From Deltaproteobacteria bacterium (GTDB taxonomy: Bacteria; Desulfobacterota; Binatia; HRBIN30): a stretch of 58,188 nucleotides of DNA. The notes below the pieces were generated by a model. That model was not told where the DNA came from. It did no database searches and saw nothing but the letters and a program-made list of their open reading frames with translations. How positions within the stretch are numbered: the stretch's first letter is position 1; each line of letters starts with the position of its first letter. Location of the stretch: positions 1 through 58,188 of the forward strand of contig JACQEN010000103.1 in assembly GCA_016200585.1 (NCBI GenBank), in the 5' to 3' direction. The position numbers and the translations under genes were made by a program. Shown here one piece after another: positions 45,111 to 51,233 of the stretch.

Positions 45111-45234
45111 AGATGCGACTCGACCCGATGAGACCAACGCGAAAATGCCGCAGAGGAAAAGCGCTGCCGGCACCGGCGTCGTGCCGCCTTGGGTGGTTTC
45201 GTGTTCCCGCAGCTTGGCGTTTGCGTGATTCGCA

Positions 45235-46623
45235 GTGCGACGGATGATCGTGCGACGACCCTGGCAGCATTGGCTTCTGTTGGCCGTCAGCACCGGCGGA
45301 CTGGCTGCGTTCCTGGCCATGGCGCAGGTCGTTCTCGCGTCCTACGGGTGGCGACTCGATCTGACGCCGGAGCGCAGCTACACCCTGTCGCCGCACGCCC
45401 GCCAGGTGCTGGCCGGCCTGTCGCGTGATGTCGTCATCACCGCATTCGTGCGCTCCGGAGACGACCGCAATCACCAGATCGAGGACCTTATGCGGCGCGT
45501 CGCTGCGGTTTCGCCGCATGTGCGCACCAACCTCATCGACATCAACCGCAATCCCGCCGTGGCGCGCCAGTACGGCGTCGGCAGCTACGCTGGCTTCGTC
45601 GTCGAGTGTGGTACGCGGCGTCGCCAGTTCGAGAATCCAAGTGAGCCGTTGCTGGTGGCGGCGATCCTTCAGGTGACTCGCGACTCGCGGCGAGTGGTCT
45701 ACTTTCTCGGCGGCCACGGCGAGCGCGACATCTACAGTACCGACCGGCAACAGGGCTACTCGTTGATCTCTCTGGCGTTGACGCAGGAGCTGTACGACGT
45801 TCGAGTGCTCGATCTGCTGCATCAAGCGGAAGTGCCGCGCGACGCCGACGTCGTCGTCATCGCCGGAGCGCGGCGTGATCCGTTGCCTTTGGAGATCGAA
45901 CAACTGGCTGCCTTTGCGCATCGTGGTGGCGCGTTGTTGGTCCTGCTCGAGCCGCGCGGCGCTACGGCGCTGATCGATTTTCTGGCGCGTTACGGGGTTC
46001 GAACCGACGATACGATGGTCGTCGATTCCGAGAACCGCTTGTTCGCCGGCGACTACGTGACGCTGTCGGTGCCGGTGCTGTCGCCACGACACCCGATCAG
46101 TGCCGCACTGCAGGCGCCGCCGTTGTTTTCCGGGGCGTGCCCCGTCGAGTTCGCGGCTTCGCCGCGCGGCGGAGTGCGCGGCCTCGAAATCTTGAGCACC
46201 GCTGCGAGCAGTTGGCGGACGCGCGACTTCGATGCCTTGCGCAGCGGCGAAGCGGCGTTCGTATCGGGTCGCGATGTGCGTGGCTCGCAGTCCGTCGGGG
46301 TGAGCTTGCTCGTTGGTCCGCCGCACACGGACGGCGACGCGGTTGCCCGCTTCGTCGTGCTCGGCGACTCCGATTTCGCCACCAACTTCTTCGTCGATTC
46401 GCTCGGCAACAAAGATTTGCTGGTCGACTCGGTCAACTGGCTGGCCGGGGAAGACGCGTTGCTCGGTGCACGGGCGCAAGCCCGCATTCCCGGTGTCAAT
46501 CAGTTCTTTCTCACCGACGAGCAGGGGCGGGAGGCATTCCTGTTGGGCACCGTGATCGAGCCTGGAGCGGTGTTGCTGGTCGGTATGGTGGTGGTGATGC
46601 GACGGCGATGGCGCAGCGTATGA
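45235..46623 (+). CDS. GldG-family ABC-transport auxiliary protein
   Basis: 462 aa. It has an N-terminal TM helix (WLLLAVSTGGLAAFLAMAQVVLA), a large soluble domain, and a C-terminal TM anchor (LLGTVIEPGAVLLVGMVVVM). Its order after the ABC-2 pair matches the gldA-gldF-gldG type layout. The start is GTG 45235 or ATG 45244. Confidence 0.8.
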   Translation: MRRMIVRRPWQHWLLLAVSTGGLAAFLAMAQVVLASYGWRLDLTPERSYTLSPHARQVLAGLSRDVVITAFVRSGDDRNHQIEDLMRRVAAVSPHVRTNLIDINRNPAVARQYGVGSYAGFVVECGTRRRQFENPSEPLLVAAILQVTRDSRRVVYFLGGHGERDIYSTDRQQGYSLISLALTQELYDVRVLDLLHQAEVPRDADVVVIAGARRDPLPLEIEQLAAFAHRGGALLVLLEPRGATALIDFLARYGVRTDDTMVVDSENRLFAGDYVTLSVPVLSPRHPISAALQAPPLFSGACPVEFAASPRGGVRGLEILSTAASSWRTRDFDALRSGEAAFVSGRDVRGSQSVGVSLLVGPPHTDGDAVARFVVLGDSDFATNFFVDSLGNKDLLVDSVNWLAGEDALLGARAQARIPGVNQFFLTDEQGREAFLLGTVIEPGAVLLVGMVVVMRRRWRSV

Positions 46624-46648
46624 AACGCCGGCGCTGCTTTCGACCGGA

Positions 46649-47173
46649 GTGCGCATGACCTGGAAGCGCGCCGCGCTCTACTGGCTTGGCTTCCTTGCCC
46701 TGGCCGCGTACTACCGCGTCGCCATCGACAGCGATCGGCCGCAACCGTTGGCAAGTCGCCGCCCGTTCCTCGAGATCGCTACCGACCAGATCACGGCCCT
46801 GGATGTCGACCGTCGCGGGCAGCGCTTGCATGCCGAACGCGTCGATGGCAGCTGGCGAGCCACAACGCCGGCTGGGAGTGCGGTGCCGTCGGATCTGATT
46901 GGCGCGCTGGTCGATTCGCTGACCTCGATACCGGATGTCGAGGTGGTCGCCGAGACGGTGGCGGCTACCGATGACTTCGGCTTGCAGCCACCGGCGGCGA
47001 CGATCACCCTCGCACGGGCGCAAGGAGCCCCGATCGTGATCGACTTCGGCCAGCTCAATCCGACGAGCACCGCGGTCTACGCTCGACGCAGCGATTCGCC
47101 ACGCGTCTATCTCCTCGGCCGCAACCTCGACTACTATCTCGACCTGCTGCTGTCGGGCGTCGAAGCCAGGTGA
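46649..47173 (+). CDS. DUF4340-like membrane-anchored protein
   Basis: 174 aa. An N-terminal TM helix (AALYWLGFLALAAYY) is followed by a beta-rich domain. It occupies the usual position after GldG-family genes. The start is GTG 46649 or ATG 46655. Confidence 0.7.
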   Translation: MRMTWKRAALYWLGFLALAAYYRVAIDSDRPQPLASRRPFLEIATDQITALDVDRRGQRLHAERVDGSWRATTPAGSAVPSDLIGALVDSLTSIPDVEVVAETVAATDDFGLQPPAATITLARAQGAPIVIDFGQLNPTSTAVYARRSDSPRVYLLGRNLDYYLDLLLSGVEAR

Positions 47174-47230
47174 GAAGGCTTTGAAGAACCCCTGTTGCGG
47201 CTGGCGCTGCCACTATGATTTGTTCGGGCG

Positions 47231-47779
47231 ATGCGATCGGCACTGGCGGGAGTTTTGGGAGCCTTGAGCTTGTTGGCGAGCCGTCCAGCACAGGCTCAAG
47301 ACATGAAGCAGGCTGCGCCTCAGGGGTACGGCAAGGCGCACTTCTCGATGAGTGTCGCGCAAGTGCGCAAGGCCTACCCGGAGTTGCGGGAGGCGCCCAA
47401 GGTCGCCGGCTATCTCAGTCATCCCAACCTACAGCGCTTCGTTCTCTGGCATCAGAAGATGGAGGGCTTGCCGCACCCGGTGGACGTCGAGCTCCGCTTC
47501 TGGCGCGACAGCTTGTGGACGATCTTGTTCTATTGCGGCGACAACTCGTTCGACGCCGTGAAGGTGCAACTGAGTAAGCAGTTCGGCTTGCCGGCGAGCG
47601 GCGGAACCGATCCGACCTGGTTGTGGCCGACGCGTACGTTGATGACCGCGTCGAAGCAAGGGTGGTACAGCATCGCCGATCGCCAGATCGGCAAAGAGGC
47701 GCAAACCGAGCTGGCGAAGCAAGCCGGGCAGCCGCTGCCGAAGACACAGAATCCGCCGCCCGAGGCGGCGGAGCATTGA
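47231..47779 (+). CDS. hypothetical secreted protein
   Basis: 182 aa. The signal peptide is MRSALAGVLGALSLLASRPAQAQD. No known motif was recognised. Confidence 0.6.
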   Translation: MRSALAGVLGALSLLASRPAQAQDMKQAAPQGYGKAHFSMSVAQVRKAYPELREAPKVAGYLSHPNLQRFVLWHQKMEGLPHPVDVELRFWRDSLWTILFYCGDNSFDAVKVQLSKQFGLPASGGTDPTWLWPTRTLMTASKQGWYSIADRQIGKEAQTELAKQAGQPLPKTQNPPPEAAEH

Positions 47780-47981
47780 AGCGGGTCGAGCGGCGCGACT
47801 GCGAAGCTTTCATATTGACGAAACCCGTTTGAGGGTGGTAGCCAACAACCTCTTGAATCACTTTGGATCATTTGATGATCAGACGCCTCCGGTCTCATCT
47901 CTTCGGTTTGTCAGCGATTCCTTTCAGCGTTGATTGGCGGTCGAGCACCGAGGGCAGGACTGTGGAGTACGAGGAGCCAGA

Positions 47982-50900
47982 ATGCTGCAACGGCGACTAG
48001 CGACGACAATCAAGCTGACCTTGCCCGCACTGTGCCTGGGCCTCTTGGTCGGATGCGGAGGCGACTCGAGCGTTGGCGTTACCGACCAGGGGCACCACGA
48101 ACCGGGACCACAGGTTTCGGGTACGGTCAAGGCACCGAACGGCAACTTGGCGGCAGCAGCTTCGTTGATGGAACGGTTCGCCAGCTTGGCAGTGAACAAA
48201 GCTCTGGCGCTCGTAGGCAACTTCATACCGGTTGGGCGCAACGTTACGGTTCAGCTCCTTCTTCTCAATGCCGACGGTCAGCCAGCCCAATTGCTTGCCA
48301 AAGCCATCACCAACGATCAGGGAGAGTACCAACTTCATCTGCCGGAGAAGACGACCGAGGATACCTGCCGTTTCGTCGTCAGTGCCGGGAGCATACGGGC
48401 TTTCGTGACCAGCAACGCCAAGCCCGTCGACATCGATCCGATCACCGAAGCAACCGTTCGATTGGTCCTCGAGCGCTCTGCCGGCGGCCACCTCTGCCTC
48501 TTCAGTGTTCAGGACATCAAGGACATCGACGCCGCCATGCGCGCCATTTCCGGCAGCGTTCTCGGCACCAGTGCCTCGTCGGCTGCCGACTACACGACCG
48601 AGCTGGCGCGGCGCGACCACATGGTGCAGTCGCTGCTGGCGGCGCCGTTTGCAACCTTCACCCCGGCCCCGACCGACACCGTACCACCCGTAACCGCGAC
48701 ACCGACGATTACCGTGCCGGAAAGCTCCGCGACCCCGACGCGCACGTCGACCAAAACATTTACGCCGGCGCCGTCGAACACTCCCACCAACACGCGCGGC
48801 TCGTCGCCGACGTTTACCAACACCAAAACCTTCACACCGACCTTTACCCCGACGCTGACGCCTACGCCGGTCCCGCCAACCGGCACGCCGACCAATACGC
48901 TCACCTCGACGCCGACCTTTACGCTGACCTCGACGCCGACTTTCACCCTGAGCTCGACACCGACGTCGACCAACACGTCGACGCCGACTTTCACTCTCAG
49001 TCCGACCTTGACGCCGACGAATACGCTGGTGCCGTCGCCGACCAACACCCCAACGTTGTCGCCGACCGTCGCCGTAACCCCGCCGCATGTCAGCGTCGGA
49101 TCGGGCAGCGGAGCGCCGGGTGGAAACGTTGCGATTGCGATCTCTCTCGCCTCCAATGGCAACGCCCTGGTTACGTTGGCGCCGTTGTTGGTGGGATTCG
49201 ATCCGAGCCTGCTGACGCCCGGAGCCTGTAACCGCGCGTCCGGGGTGAGCACCGGCAAGAGCGCCAACGCCATTCTGCGTGACGACCATACCTTGAGTAT
49301 CGGCCTGGCCGGCGATTTGACGGTCCTGCCGGACGGCGAGATTCTCAACTGTTCGTTCGCTATCAAGGCGAACGCGTCGTCAGGTTCGACGCCGCTGACG
49401 TTTGTATCCGCCGGCCTCTCAGACGCGCAGTCGCGTGACTACGCGGCGACGGGCACGAGTGGGTCGATCACCGTCGTTGCCCTGACCGCGACGCCAGTTC
49501 CAACCCCGACAATCGCCGCCCCCGTCGCCATGGTGAATCTGAACAGCGTCAGCGGTGCTGCCGGCACAACGGTGACTGTTGCCGGAAGCCTGGTGACCGG
49601 CGGAGCTCAGATCTCTGCTACGTCGAACGACATTCAGTACGATTCGACGCAAATCAACGTGGTGCTGAAGAGCGGTAACAAGCCGGATTGCACCATCGAC
49701 GCGAGCATCAATCCTGACAGCGCCGTGAGCAAGTCGTTGGTGGCGAGCCTACCCACTGTGAGCGGGTTGCCGGCCGGCTTCAAGACGCTACGCATCGGCA
49801 TCTTCGGCAGCGACAACGCCAATCCTATTCCCGATGGCCCGCTGTTTACTTGCAAGTTCGCCATCGCTGCCGGTGCGACGGGCTCCCTCACCTTGAAGAA
49901 CATTCCGGGAGCCTCTGATCCGGCAGCTATGCCGGTGCCGGTGAGTGGCAGCGACGGTGTCGTCACCGTCGGCAGTGTTGCCCCGACCAACACGTCTGCC
50001 CCCCAGGCCACATCGACTCCGACGACACCTCCGGCGCCTACCAACACGCCCCCGGTGCCGCCGACGAATACGGCACCGCCGCAGCCGACCAACACTCAGC
50101 CCTCCACCGGTGGTGCCGCGGTCAACCTCGGTAACGCCAGCGGTGCGGCGGGTGCCACGGTCACGATCGCCGGCAGTCTGGTGACCGCCGGGCTGCAGAT
50201 CTCGGCGACATCGAATGACATCCGTTACGACTCGACGCAAATCAACGTGGTGCTGAAGAGCGGTAACAAGCCGGATTGCACCATCGATGCGAGCATCAAT
50301 CCTGACAGCGCCGTGAGCAAGTCGTTGGTGGCGAGCCTACCCACGGTGAGCGGGTTGCCGGCCGGCTTCAAGACGCTACGCGTCGGCATCTTCGGCAGCG
50401 ACAACGCCAATGCCATTCCGGACGGGCCGTTGTTCACGTGCAAGTTTGCCATCGCTGCCGGCGCCAGTGGAAGTATCACGTTGACGAACATTCCGGGTGC
50501 GTCCGACCCCGCGGCGCAGCCGGTTGCGGTCGGAGGCACGGATGGAATCGTCACTGTTGGTGGCGCGGCTCCGACCAATACCCCGGTTGTAGCGGCAACA
50601 TCGACTCCGACAGTGCCGCCGGCGACCAATACGGTGCCACCGGCTACAAGCACCCCGGTGCCGCCGACGAGCACGATGGTGCCACCGACGAACACCATGG
50701 CCCCCGTGGCGACGGCGACGCCGGTTCCACCGACAAACACGCCGGTGCCGGCACCAACCGATACGCCGAGCGGCGGCGGCGGACCGGCCGTCAACCTCGG
50801 CAGTGTCAGTGGTGCCGCCAGCAGCGTCGTCGTTCTCCCCGCAAGCCTGGCGACCGGCGGTGTCGAGATCTCCGCAACGTCGAACGACATTCAGTACGAC

Positions 50901-51233
50901 ACCAACAAGATCAACGTCGTATTGAAACCCAACAGCAAGCCCGATTGCACCATCGATGCGAGCATCAATGCCGATAGTGCGGTGAGCAAATCCCTGGTGG
51001 CGAGCTTGCCGACGGTGGGCGGCTTGCCGGCGGGCTTCAAGACGTTGCGCGTCGGCATTTTCGGTAGCGACAACGCTAACGACATTCCCGACGGACCGCT
51101 CTACACGTGCAAGTTCACGATCGCGGCCGGTGCCAGCGGGACGATTACATTGACGAACATTCCGGGTGCTTCCGACCCTGCCGCCCAGCCAGTGGTGGTG
51201 AGCGGGAGCGACGGCAAGGTGACGGTACAGTGA
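47982..51233 (+). CDS. scaffoldin-like lipoprotein: CarboxypepD_reg-like domain, long Pro/Thr linker, four cohesin-like modules
   Basis: ATG 47982 sits behind a GAGGAG SD (ORF track begins at 47934). The lipobox is LGLLVGC. The PT linker spans ~48660..49095. The four modules are ~49096..49477, 49533.., 50121.. and 50790... Each is ~145 aa with the pattern G..V.V.(G/I)SL......IS.....I.YD...I.V......DC.ID......DG.L(F/Y)TCKF.IA..A.G...L.N....D....V.V.G.DG.VTV, which I read as cohesin-like. Confidence 0.8.
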   Translation: MLQRRLATTIKLTLPALCLGLLVGCGGDSSVGVTDQGHHEPGPQVSGTVKAPNGNLAAAASLMERFASLAVNKALALVGNFIPVGRNVTVQLLLLNADGQPAQLLAKAITNDQGEYQLHLPEKTTEDTCRFVVSAGSIRAFVTSNAKPVDIDPITEATVRLVLERSAGGHLCLFSVQDIKDIDAAMRAISGSVLGTSASSAADYTTELARRDHMVQSLLAAPFATFTPAPTDTVPPVTATPTITVPESSATPTRTSTKTFTPAPSNTPTNTRGSSPTFTNTKTFTPTFTPTLTPTPVPPTGTPTNTLTSTPTFTLTSTPTFTLSSTPTSTNTSTPTFTLSPTLTPTNTLVPSPTNTPTLSPTVAVTPPHVSVGSGSGAPGGNVAIAISLASNGNALVTLAPLLVGFDPSLLTPGACNRASGVSTGKSANAILRDDHTLSIGLAGDLTVLPDGEILNCSFAIKANASSGSTPLTFVSAGLSDAQSRDYAATGTSGSITVVALTATPVPTPTIAAPVAMVNLNSVSGAAGTTVTVAGSLVTGGAQISATSNDIQYDSTQINVVLKSGNKPDCTIDASINPDSAVSKSLVASLPTVSGLPAGFKTLRIGIFGSDNANPIPDGPLFTCKFAIAAGATGSLTLKNIPGASDPAAMPVPVSGSDGVVTVGSVAPTNTSAPQATSTPTTPPAPTNTPPVPPTNTAPPQPTNTQPSTGGAAVNLGNASGAAGATVTIAGSLVTAGLQISATSNDIRYDSTQINVVLKSGNKPDCTIDASINPDSAVSKSLVASLPTVSGLPAGFKTLRVGIFGSDNANAIPDGPLFTCKFAIAAGASGSITLTNIPGASDPAAQPVAVGGTDGIVTVGGAAPTNTPVVAATSTPTVPPATNTVPPATSTPVPPTSTMVPPTNTMAPVATATPVPPTNTPVPAPTDTPSGGGGPAVNLGSVSGAASSVVVLPASLATGGVEISATSNDIQYDTNKINVVLKPNSKPDCTIDASINADSAVSKSLVASLPTVGGLPAGFKTLRVGIFGSDNANDIPDGPLYTCKFTIAAGASGTITLTNIPGASDPAAQPVVVSGSDGKVTVQ
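48660..49095 (+). repeat. coding low-complexity Pro/Thr linker (TPT/FTxT repeats)
   Basis: The translation reads ...TPAPTDTVPPVTATPTITVP...TFTPTFTPTLTPTPVPPTGTPTNTLTSTPTFTLTSTPTFTLSSTPTSTNTSTPTFTLSPTLTPTNTLVPSPTNTPTLSPT. The ACC/ACG-CCG periodicity at DNA level is imperfect. Confidence 0.85.
49533..51230 (+). repeat. three tandem cohesin-like coding repeats (units begin 49533, 50121, 50790; periods 588 and 669 nt)
   Basis: Direct comparison shows 49644..49823 and 50232..50411 differ at only 3 of 180 nt. The flanks and the third unit are clearly more diverged. Confidence 0.9.

Noticed and set aside
48660-49095. Periodic ACC/ACG-CCG DNA repeats considered as a CRISPR-like or microsatellite array.
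   Set aside because: The repeats are imperfect, in-frame, and translate to a Pro/Thr linker. There is no repeat-spacer structure.
49644-50411. Near-identical 180-nt repeat pair considered as a diversity-generating retroelement TR/VR pair.
   Set aside because: The three mismatches (C/T, T/G, A/G) are not adenine-specific. Both copies are in-frame domains of one protein. No reverse transcriptase or accessory gene is present in the window.
51107-51232. Upstream extension of the dockerin-protein ORF overlapping the scaffoldin 3' end.
   Set aside because: The extension (MQVHDRGRCQRDDY...) overlaps the well-supported cohesin frame. The ATG at 51233 gives the classic TGATG coupling.
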